A stretch of DNA of 63,383 nucleotides, counting the filler, from Trichosphaerium sp. ATCC 40318 (Eukaryota; Protista; Tubulinea), in NCBI GenBank assembly GCA_038496445.1. It is 4 parts of 4 records of this genome, joined end to end, with 100 filler letters (N's around TTAATTAATTAA, not from the genome) between each part and the next. Parts side by side here need not be neighbours in the genome. Positions count along the whole stretch, not along the records: positions 24,314 to 47,328 come from JALMLS010000069.1; positions 47,429 to 59,167 come from JALMLS010000077.1; 2 more parts are not named here. One strand, given 5' to 3'. Below, in pieces: positions 36,792 through 47,489 of this stretch (within the stretch, counting starts at the first letter, position 1; every line of letters starts with the position of its first letter). The notes beneath the pieces were generated by a model, which did no database searches, was not told the DNA's origin, and saw only the letters and a list, made by a program, of their open reading frames with translations. Position numbers and translations under genes: made by a program.

Positions 36792-37300
36792 ATGCTACGA
36801 GCGTTTAATACAAGGATTTGTAGAACTCAAATAACCTCCACAAGAGTTCCTACCCAAACTACTAGAAAATATGGTGTAAAAGAAGAAGTAGCGGCTTTCC
36901 AAGCGAATAAGGACTGGTACTGGAGCAATAGAGATAATTTGCTAGCAAAATACAAAGGACAAACAGTAGCAATCTACGGAAGGAAGCTATTTGCCACGGG
37001 AGAGCGCTACTGGGATGTAGTAGATAAACTCATACAGCATGGTACCAACGCTACAAACGCTCTCTCTAACGCGTATAGATCAATACAATCCACTGATCTC
37101 CAGACACCAGCCATTAGAGTGGAAAACAGGTACAAAGTAATCAAAATCAATGTCACAGCCTTAACAACCTGAAGGATATAAATCAAAGGCGTTTGTGACG
37201 GTATGCGGTGATGAAGATTCGTTAATGAACGGAAAAAAAGCTGCTGAACACTTGAAAACGATTACTTACTCCAACAAGCAAGAATTCTCCACTAGAGTGT
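36792..37300 (+). CDS. Small protein with presequence and DUF5678-like domain
   Basis: WYWSNRDNLLAKYKGQTVAIYGRKLFATG resembles the DUF5678 pattern (from memory); introns at 37041 and 37130. Confidence 0.5.
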
Positions 37301-37653
37301 AAAGGAATCAAAAAAATGGCGTCAAACGAACGTACAACAAAAAAAAATCAAAAACCGCAACTTGTCAGTTTCACGGCACCCCTTTTCAAAAGGATCACCA
37401 AAAAATGTCATTATAGGAATGACACAAACGTAGCCATGTATATAAACACTTTTTTTTTTTGCACAACACTTCGTACAACAATAAAACTTTCTTCTTTTTT
37501 TCTTTTTTTTTGTGGGTTTTCGTTTCGTTGATGTTTTTGGCACTGTGGTCTTTTGTTATTTGGGTTTTTTTTTTCTGAGGGGGTTGTGTTTTATTTTTAA
37601 TTCGCTTAAATACTACGGCTTTTGGGATATCAGGAAGTGTATCCCCATCTAAT

Positions 37654-40397
37654 CTACTTTTTGTTCTTCTTTCCTTTTTTCCCTTCTTTCACTTTTTTCT
37701 CCTTCTTTCCTTTCTTTCCTTTTCGCATGGTGCCAGGCGCTTCTGAAGGTAATGTCGAAGGAGGTGCTGTGATAGTATGTAATTAAAAAATAAATAATAT
37801 AAAACGCGCACACATTGAATAGGGTAGTTATGTTGTGCGGTTTTAACAAAAACGAAAAAAAATCGCGTTCAAGAAAAAGTTGCCATTAAAAAAACCAGCT
37901 CGACGTACCTGCTGGTACATGAGTTTGTGGTGTTTGTGGTGCTGAAGGTCTAACAGGTTGCCATCCTCCTCCTGTTGATTCGGTCTCTGAAGACGTCGGA
38001 TACGCCATCACAGCGGCAGGTGAAGGGGACACAGGCAAAGCTGGTCGCGCCGCAGGTGGCTTTATTTAAATGTTAGATAATGCTTGTAGTGGTGCCATGT
38101 TCTGTTATTTTTACGTACTGGTGGTTGATGTGATGGTGCTGGTGGCGCGTGTCCCGGTGGTGATGGTTGACCAGTCATGTTTACAGCTGAGCGACGTGTT
38201 TTTATCGATTTACCGGATGGCTCAGAACCCAATGACGAACCTGAACTGCGTCCATTTTTGCCGTCTTCCTGTAGTGCCTTGAGTAAATCTGCAGCGATAG
38301 CCAGTGGCATACTAATAACGAGTAAGTATATTATCGCATTATACACAAGATAAGCGACGTACGTTCCAATTGGAGTGAGGTCAATATTGTAGAAATTTTG
38401 TGTGAAAAATTTCGTGGCGTTATGCTTCAATCTCTTCCTAAGGATTGGGTTGTCTTCCATAACTGGATTGTATGCTACTTCGAGGATACTTAATACTGTT
38501 GATGTTTGAATGTTATCAACTACAACATTTTCGCAAACTTGCCTGTGTAACCTAGTAAGAAAACCTTGGTAGTGTATTTTTAAACGCACTTGAGTTCAGG
38601 CATGTTGAACCCTTTGCAAAATTTGATAAGTTGTGTTGATGCAGCAGGTTTAACGTTAGTATCTCTGTAGTAAATCCATTTTAACAAACATTCAAAAGCG
38701 TCAGAAGTGAAACCAGGTACCTAAAAACACATCAATTCAATTCAAAAGGAAGAAGAAAAGAGTATCACAACGTACAGGTAGAATGTACTCCAAACCTCCT
38801 TTCTTAGCGTCTCCTTGAGGATCTTGAAGGAGTATTGAAGCTACTTGAGGAGAAGCAGATGCAAAGATACATTTGTGGCATAGAATAAGCTTTCCTACTA
38901 CAATTTAGCAAATTGTTCGTTCTTGAATTCTAAAAAAGGATAAACTCCCGAGCTCGTGCCTTCAATACGAAATTGAATATCAGCTGAATTCTTACGCTCT
39001 AAATCATACAAATGTCTAAAATGCTTCGAAGACTGCACAATAAACATCAGTAAAAAAAGGATAAAAACAAACACAAAATGAAACAAGATTATTATCAGTT
39101 TTAGGAAATTTGTTACTCCGCTCACATTTTCACTTTCAGTGACTTCAAGTACATCGGCGAGTTTTTGTGGTTGTTTTTGTTGGAGTACTACAACCTACAA
39201 TGAAAAAAAGCAGTGTTAATTACGATTCAATACTCAATAGGTTTTTCCTGTACCTCCTGAAATAGGCCGATACCCAAAATGTTTACTCCTTCAGTGTTAC
39301 CCAAAATAACCGGGTTTTTGTATGCGTAATCCATTAAAACTTCTTTTGCAGATGCGACCTTATTATGACGATAATTAGCGATTATATACTGCAAAATAAC
39401 AAACCAAAAACCAAAAACCAAAAATACAGTAAAGATCAGATACCTTTAGGTCATTAGCTTCTCTTAGCAATCCAAAAATATTATCATGGTTCAGTCTGGC
39501 TATAATCTTTTTTTAATACCAAAAACACAAATGGGTAAAAAAATAAAAAACCCCGTGGGTCACGTGATAAATAAAATGCCACGTGATTTTTTGATTAGAA
39601 ATAAACTGCATAATCGTCCTTTTGATTTTTTTTTGTTAATTACCTTGTAAGTACTTCCTTAAAACTTGCTCAAAGTGTTTTAAACCGTATACAACAGCAA
39701 CAGCGATCATCCTTATCGCTAAGCTAGGCGCTTTTGTAGTGTTAGCAGTACATAGGATCGTACAAATTTCAAAAATAAGATAAAAAAAAAAGAGGGAATA
39801 AAAATAAGGTAACCGTACTAAGTGTTTCGAAATTAACTTCTCCGCTGTAACAATATTCTAAGCTCCGCAGTAGCGTCTATATCTTATTGTTAAAATAAGC
39901 CAAAAAGAGGCCCAAGGGATACAAGTTGATCCAAAGGGTTTTTTTTTTTGATTTTTTGTGGTTACCTCTTCGTTTATTGGAAGGCTCGGATCAAGCTCCA
40001 AATGCGTTACATTCTTTTTATCACGTTTTTTTTTGACGCCTTCAAGGGGTTAAAAGTGGCGACATTTATAACGTTAATTTATAACGCATGTTACCTTGAG
40101 ACATGCAATTAGGCGCTCTAACACACATTATAGCCTTATGAGCTGCTATTTCCTTTCTATCCGCAAGGATGAAGAATAAATCAGCATACGTCCTATCATT
40201 TACAAGTACTCTATGATCAACTAGCGGGTTTTTAGCGCAGAAATTGAAAAGGGTAGTGAGGCTATATTTGTAGAGCAGCTTGCTTTGTTTTAGCTTTGAT
40301 ATAAGGTAAACGCACTCTTGAGGCTAGCCGTGCGGGATGGAGGGACGAGATCATCCCCTTGCTGCTTGCCCTTCTTTCCCTTTTGTTTCTTGGACAT
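37654..40397 (-). CDS. Multi-BTB/POZ-domain protein with Pro-rich and Lys-rich tail
   Basis: YADLFFILAD..IAAHKAIMCVRA, ADIQFRIEG, ILCHKCIFASASP and FTSDAFECLLKWIYY. Confidence 0.85.
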
Positions 40398-40854
40398 CTA
40401 CGGAGTGTAGGTTACTTTTAAAAGTGGTTGCGGGTAAGAACTACAAGCGTTCACATTGTGCGTCAACAAAAGCGCATTAATTTCCGCCTGTGTGAAGTAT
40501 GCCACTACCAGGATACTAAACCAACTCTCTCAATGCCAATAACACTACTGACACTCCTGAAAAACGCATTTGTGATGTGTACTCTCCAGGCTTATGTACT
40601 AGCCGTAATAATACGTAATAGTAATGGTCTCACGTAACGGATGGTTTTTAAGCCTTGTTATAACTGTTGTGATTCCAACAATGGACTGAAGCCAAGCGAA
40701 GTTACTATTTGTGGCGGTTCTATATGGGTTATTGCGTTCGTTTACAAAGTAGTAGAAATGAGAATAACCGGAACAAAACGCCACTGCAGTGAAGTCTTTT
40801 ACAGTCAAAAGTAAAAAAAAATCAACGCTTTTTCACTTTAACGGCTGTACTACG

Positions 40855-42089
40855 ATGAGTATTTCTGCTTTGACAGGCAAAAAGGGTGAAAAGTATGGAT
40901 TAATACTTGCGCCTAGCAGACAAAAAAAGCGTAAAAAGTTAGTGGTAAAGAATGCGTTTGGAGCGTCGTCGTCTGATGATGAAGGCGAAATGAGCGAAAT
41001 GGAAATACGCAAACAAGTTGAAAGAAGCGCAACAAGAGGCAGGAATATGAAAAAGGTACCTAAAATGACGGCGGATGCAGCCATCAAAAGTTTAAAAACT
41101 GTACAATTTAACTATTAACACAATATAGACTAAAAAGGTTCTCGCTGACGCTCAAGCGCAAGACCCTACTATATTTGAGTACGACGAGATCCATGACGAG
41201 CTTAGAAAAGGTAACCGTAAAAGACGCAAACATCAGATTAAAAGCGATAAACGTACGTTCTTAACGTTAAAAACAGTCAAATGTCACAAAATAACTCATT
41301 TTACTTACATCAAACTCTAGCAAAGTATATACCAGCGCTTATGAAGAAAGCACAAGAGCGAGAACGCGACAGAGACTTGATTTTTGAAAATAAACTTATT
41401 CGTGAAATGGAGGAGGATAAAAAGCTTTGGGGAGAGACAGAGAGGTTTATTACGCCTAGGTACGAACTAACAAATCGTTTAAAATTATGGAGGGTCACAC
41501 TGACACTTTTTAAGTTATAAGAAGCAATTGGAAGAAAATAAAAAATGGAAGAATGAGCTTGAGGAGAAATACAAAGCTACTGATGTAACAAAGACTGGTA
41601 TGGTAGGATTTTATTCTAGTATGATAGATGGTACAAATTCAGCACTTGGTGGAGGTTATGATAGTGACAGCGATAGCGAAAAAGTAAGCTTTAAACCTCT
41701 TCATGTTTTTTTTTTGCTTTTTTTTTTTACTGTCTTTCTCTTTCTGTTTCCCCCTTTTGTACCAGCTCGTAACAATCATTTAGGAGATGGATAGGATTAT
41801 AAAACAAGCTGAACAGGAAGAACAAGCTAGAGTCAAGAAACTCAATGAAGAGAAATCAGCTGAAACCCAAAAAGCTCTTGAAGAAGAGAAAAAGAGAAAA
41901 GATGAGGAAGAAAACAAACTCATGGATGAATTATTGCCTGCACTTGAGCCTTATAAAAAACGCGTTGAAAGGCCGAAAGAAACGCCAGAACAACGTAAGG
42001 TTAAGTTTCAAAGGCGTAACTCAGATAAGTCTATCATGGAGGCTAGAGCACGTTACTTACAGAGGCAGCAAGAGAAACAAGATGAGTAG
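40855..42089 (+). CDS. NSRP1: Nuclear speckle splicing regulatory protein 1-like (CCDC55/DUF2040)
   Basis: KYGLIL, DPTIFEYDEIHD, KYIPALMKKAQERERD, FITPSYKKQLEE and IMEARARYLQR. Confidence 0.88.
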
Positions 42090-42430
42090 TGAAAATTCTG
42101 TTTTTGTAGAGTACTTGTACATAGTAAAAAAAGAGTGGGTGCAAATTGTGCCTTTTACTTGACACTTTTCACACAAAAAGCGAAATGTAACTGTTGGTCA
42201 AAGTTGTTGTTTCAAAAGATATCACAGTTTTTACTTTACATGCGTTACAAATATTAGTCTTGTACGACTAACTATTATCTGTTTTTGTCAGCGATTCAAA
42301 GTGTAGTAGGTTTGGAAAAATTCATGTGATCGTATTTGCAAAGTGTTTTGCAAGTTTGAAGCGCCAGTAATGCATCAAAAAGCTCCTCTCAACATCAATT
42401 TTAATAGATCTATGAGCGGTCGTGGGGACG

Positions 42431-42484
42431 CAAGAAGACGGGAGAACCCTGGAGCACAATGGAGTTGTATTCCCTGATGCATAT
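42431..42484 (+). pseudogene. Isolated fragment resembling DNA topoisomerase IB
   Basis: Translates EDGRTLEHNGVVFPDAY, like the TOP1 W-x-TLEHNGV-x-FPP-x-Y motif; no further TOP1 exons nearby. Confidence 0.55.
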
Positions 42485-42615
42485 GTTTCGGGAATTTGTT
42501 TCATAGAAAATATAAAAGTATACCAGACTGGCCTGTTTAGAGCTAAAAGACCCCAAAATCCGAATATCCAGAATACTGGGGACCTTTACTTATTCTTATA
42601 TTTGCATTTGAAAAC

Positions 42616-43011
42616 ATGGATACGCATCTTCTTATCTTTGTGCTTTTGTTTGCTCCATTATACATTCTATCTGTAAACGGTCAAGTACCTGGTGCTGATT
42701 TCTGTTTTGATCTTTACGAAACCAACAAAACAGCTTGTGATACAGACACTAGGTGTCATTGGTGCACGTACGTGACTTACATATCTAAATAGCGTTACCT
42801 TTGTTTTAACGAGTTATACAGACAAACAGAGCTTACATCTTGCCTCACATCGTGTACTAAGGTAGCTGATTCTATTGTACGCGCTTTGATTATCGTGGGT
42901 GTCGTGGCTGGTGTAGTGATATTAAGCGTTATTGTAATCAGCATTTTAGCAGTGTACTATTGCGTGTACAAGAAGAAACGGAATGAAACACTACAATACG
43001 GTACTAGCTAG
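42616..43011 (+). CDS. Small Cys-rich type I membrane protein, two exons
   Basis: Signal peptide MDTHLLIFVLLFAPLY, CDTDTRCHWC, TM helix and KKKR stop-transfer; not in the ORF track. Confidence 0.75.
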
Positions 43012-43268
43012 CGTCTTAACGTTTGCCTCCTTATTCTTCGCTAGAGAGTATGGGTTAAAGCTGCAAAAGACAAAGAGTTATATCATGCGCAGCGGCGATT
43101 GGTATCGTTGTTTGTGCTGAGAAAAATAAAGAGCTGTTCATGTCAAAATGTCACTTTTCTCTTGTTTCTTTTTAGTTGAAGGTTTGGTTTTGTCTTGAGC
43201 ATTAATAATAAAAGCACGTGACAAGAACCGTCAATGAACTTCAACAAATTTTTATCCTGACGGCTAGT

Positions 43269-45391
43269 ATGCAGTCTATAATCGTGCTCTTACTACTAGT
43301 TGGGTTTGTGGGCGCTCAAACCGGCAAAAAAACATCGTTTTTGTTTATTTTGGTGGATGACATGGGCTGGTCTGACTTTGGATACCATAATGGCTTCGTT
43401 AAGACACCAAACATCGATGCATTCGCTAACGGAGAGAACTCAATAAAGTTTTTAGGTAAGTAACGGAAAAATCGAAAATACGCCGTTTAGGCTCACGTGT
43501 TTACCTTTTTTCATTGTTAACTTTGTTTCATTTAGATTTTCATAGCGGTACGCTTTTCTCAATTGTTCGATGGTATTTAGTTTGGGGAATCATGGCGCAA
43601 ACGCTATGACCTCGGAGAGAGTGATACCAAGGCCTTCAGGGCCTTTTTTTGAAATGGGAAATTTTTCCTTGTCATGTTCGTATGACATTTCCTTGTAACT
43701 TACCATACTCAAGGTGGTACAGTATGTTCTCCTACCCGCGCTACTGTACTTACAGGTAGAAATCATGTAAGAGATTGCGTATACTATGTTTACGGATGCA
43801 CAGATCCTTCCTTGTGTCAAGTACGAACATGCTTCTGAAGATGAAAGTGTATTGTTTAATACTCACCCTAGGCCAACATGCCATTTGGTGGACCTGATCC
43901 AAAGGTTTTCACTGCAGCGGACGCAGTAAGAAAAGCTGACGCCTCTTACCGATCATCAATATTCGGGAAATGGCATTTGGGAGACTTCTTTGATAATCCC
44001 AGTGTTAAGTATCCTTCATCACCAATCACACATGGTTTTGATCATTTCAACATGACAATTGAAGTAGCGCCTACCGCTACAACGAATTGCAAATGTAAGA
44101 AGGAGTGGGAAGACACTTGTATGGTAGGACACTATGGACCAAACTCGCATTACAACACGTAAGAGTCAACCCCAAAGAAACCTTGTTCTTCTTTTCTGAC
44201 AGTTTTTTGTAGCTTGCGAGACTGTTGTAATTACTGGTGGGAGAACTCCACTGCACCTGAAGGAGTTTTCAATGCTAGCATCCCAGTAGGTAAGAACGAC
44301 GCAGAGTTTCTTGTAGACTCGTTTGAATCGTTCTTAACTGAAAGGAATGGCGATCCGTTCTTGAGTATGATTTGGTTTCACAATAATCACATTCCTTACA
44401 TAGCATGTATGCCTCTCTTTATCCTTCTTATCTCACTCCGTGTAGTGAATAAAACTCGCCAAGACTGCGCTGACGGAAAGACTTGTCCTAAAGGCGATTA
44501 TTCCAGTGCTCAACTGGATTACTACGGTGCAGAAGTAGAACTAGATGAACAGATTGGAAGAATTAGGAAGTTACTTAAAACGCAAGGATATGCTGATAAC
44601 ACGATGATCTGGTTCACAAGCGATAATGGCCCAGAAGGAAATTGTGATAATGGGATATGTGACGCTGCCCATTACCTAACTTGGCCAGGTTCAGCCAAAG
44701 GATTACGTGGAAGAAAGCGAGACACATGGGAAGGAGGACATCGAGGTAAATGTTGCTTGGTTTTTGCTTTGCAAGAATCCTTTGGAGTTGACACTTTTCT
44801 TTAGTTGCTGGTATCATAGAATGGCCTGAGATGATAAAAAAAAACAGAGTGGTTCCAAATACTCCTGTAAGTTATCCCACCTCGAAATCATGCCGGTTAA
44901 CTCTAGTTAGGTTAATACTGTTGATTTCTTACCTACAGTGATGGATATTCTTAACGTAGAAAGACCAGAAGATCAAAAAGATTGGGCTATGGACGGCACA
45001 AGTATAATGCCACTAATAAGAGGAGAAGAGTTCCCAGGTAATAAAAAAAACTAACACCTGTTTGATTGTTTGTACGACGCTGACATAACACTTAGATCGT
45101 GGCATGGGATGGTGGTGGCACGGACGCGTTGGGTTAGGATGGCGCTACGGAAAGTGGAAGCTTGTCAATGATTCAAAATCATGCCTGAAAGAAGCTTGCG
45201 AACCTGCTTTGTATGATTTAGATGCTGACTTGCAAGAGACAACTGATCTTTCTTTAAAATATCCTGTCATTTTTGAACAAATGAAAGCAAACTTGACAGA
45301 GTGGGTACAATCTTTATACCACTCAACAAAAGTTGAATCAAAGTGTCCTACGGCACCAAACCTATATCCACCAATGCCAGATGTTTTTTAA
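43269..45391 (+). CDS. Secreted formylglycine-type sulfatase (arylsulfatase-like)
   Basis: ILVDDMGWSD, TPNID, CSPTRATVLTGR, FGKWHLG, FTSDNGP, LRGRKRDTWEGGHRV and LYDLDADLQE; includes 12-nt micro-exon 43536-43547. Confidence 0.95.
43570..43690 (+). ncRNA. Candidate structured intronic RNA
   Basis: Several hairpins within a 166-nt intron (43548-43713); see findings. Confidence 0.5.
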
Positions 45392-45478
45392 ATGAATAAA
45401 GACGCATAGAAGCACTACATATAAAAACTTGTTTTTTGATTCAATTCTTGGTTTTTTATTTCTGCTGCTGAGTTGATT

Positions 45479-45565
45479 AGCAAAACCTTCGCTACCAGTT
45501 TGAGCTTTGTAGCAAGCATAAGGTCTGTAAAAATGGAAGAGGTCACAGTCCTACGTGACTTCACA
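45479..45565 (+). repeat. Module X, copy C
   Basis: Same conserved blocks as copies A, B and D. Confidence 0.85.
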
Positions 45566-45689
45566 GCTTAGTGGTGATTATATTGATCTGCACATTAAAA
45601 CAGCTATCACAACTACCAGAAAACAATTGGTAAGAACCTTGTATTTTCAGCATAAACGTTGTAAAGTCGTAGTTAAAAAAGTAAAGGAA

Positions 45690-45778
45690 CAAAACCTTCG
45701 CTGGTCCAGCCAGTGCTCTGTAGCAAGCGTATGGGTTCTGTTGTAGAGGGAGCGGTCACAATTTCTTATGACTTCGCA
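45690..45778 (+). repeat. Module X, copy D
   Basis: Same conserved blocks; its downstream flank resembles the flank downstream of copy A. Confidence 0.9.
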
Positions 45779-46366
45779 ATACGGTTAATAATACATTGCG
45801 TGCTGCACTTTAAAAATACTTAAAATTCTGTTAAAAAAAAAATGTGGTTTAATCACCTTCTTAAAAACGTTACTAGTAAAACAAACGTACATGTTAAGCA
45901 CATCTTGTTTTTACAAATACAAGCGACTTTTTTGTTCACGTTCCACGAAATACAAAACTCAAAGCTTCCAACTGGGTGCTCTACGCAAGGTGGCTATTAA
46001 TGTAGCTGATCGCAATACTTTTAGTTTATCGCTATGTAAGACTCTGCTTGTAGTTGTAGCATGAGAAGATTGTGTTTTTTGACGAAAACAGCATTAAATT
46101 AACAATTAAAGGTTTAGCACATACACTAACAATAAAAGTAACACTATTGATACTGTTTCAGCATTGTAAAACGATCGAGCGATTATGTACATGCAAAATG
46201 CTACAAGTAAGATTCGCAAAAGAAACCTTGTGCAAAAACCTCGACTACACAAAAAAAAAGATCAATATCGGTGTGTTAGTAAACCTGACATTGTTTTTGC
46301 AAATGTTGTTGAATTATAAATTTCAGTGAATGTTGCGTTTTCATTTCTTTGGCACTTTGATCACAA

Positions 46367-46374
46367 TCCCACAA
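46367..46374 (+). promoter_or_regulatory. DUSE-like element TCCCACAA for U2 copy 2
   Basis: Begins 62 nt before the predicted U2 start at 46429. Confidence 0.75.
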
Positions 46375-46428
46375 TTTTTTTATTTCTGCACAATGACGAT
46401 GATAAAAGGTTGTCAACGTTTCCTTCTC

Positions 46429-46627
46429 ATGTGTTTCTCGGCCTAATGGCTTTGATCATGTGTAGTAAAAGTTCAGCTTGGGTTAAACCCCATGCAAGTG
46501 ACCACGTGTCACTTTGTCTTTAACCCCATTATTTGGAAAACTAATGGTGATTTGATATTGCTTGCAGTGTCAGTTCCCATACAGTGATTATCCTAGCATA
46601 GCACCACCCGCTAGAGTCTTAGTCACT
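46429..46627 (+). ncRNA. U2: U2 spliceosomal snRNA, copy 2
   Basis: Same structure as copy 1; about 4 substitutions, all in stems/loops III-IV. Confidence 0.95.
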
Positions 46628-46859
46628 TTTTTTATGCGAAAACGTTATCGGTTTGTTAACTTAAAAGTCAGCGAGCTGTAGTTGGTAGATGAGATTTGAT
46701 TAGCACAAAAAGTAAGCCTTAAAATGTGCATTTGATAAACATATTTACATCAAGCACTACGTCGTAAAGGAGGCCATGTTAAATTGTTGTGCGTTAAAAT
46801 AAAGTACAGTCTCAATACATTTTATTTACGTTTTTGTTCTAGTCCTACTCTAAAAAAAA

Positions 46860-47328
46860 GGATTTCTAATTGTTCTTTTTCTGGGATGCGCTTGAAGGTT
46901 TTGGTGGTAAAAATTTCTGCCATTTATCCTCTGTGAGCCCTTTTACAAATTGTCCAATGAACATAGATCCAATAGCTTTAGGAAAGTACTACGAGAACCA
47001 TTAACAAAAATCACAAGTAAATTCGACAAGGATTTCTTGCATCACAAGGCTATACTTACTTTATATAGTGAACGAACAATACCATTAACAACACCTTCAT
47101 TGTACATATCATCACCACGAGCGATGGCTTGTTTGTACTCACTTACAGCTGCCTAGGGACCAAACGTAAGAAATACAGATGGGCACGTGTAAGATCAATG
47201 AAACGTGAAAAAAACTCCAAAATTGCGTACCTCTAGAGTTGTATGCATGGATTTTAATGAGTTGCATACAAGAATCTGGTAGAGTCATTTTTGTACCATC
47301 TGACATTTCCATTGCATCCAAGAATTCT
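46860..47328 (-). CDS. 3' exons of an unidentified gene truncated by the contig end
   Basis: Spliceable exons DAMEMSDG...AYNSR and AAVSEYKQAIARGDDMYNEG. Confidence 0.45.
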
Positions 47329-47428
47329 NNNNNNNNNNNNNNNNNNNNNNNNNNNNNNNNNNNNNNNNNNNNTTAATTAATTAANNNNNNNNNNNNNNNN
47401 NNNNNNNNNNNNNNNNNNNNNNNNNNNN
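47329..47428. other. Artificial contig linker
   Basis: N-TTAATTAATTAA-N. Confidence 0.97.
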
Positions 47429-47489
47429 TTTTTTTTTTGATTTTTGGGTTTGGTTTTTTAGTTTTCGGGTTACTCACGTGCTTGACATA

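Noticed and set aside
43630-43650. Bacterial intrinsic terminator (hairpin plus T7)
   Set aside because: Inside a eukaryotic intron; treated as part of the larger intronic structure.
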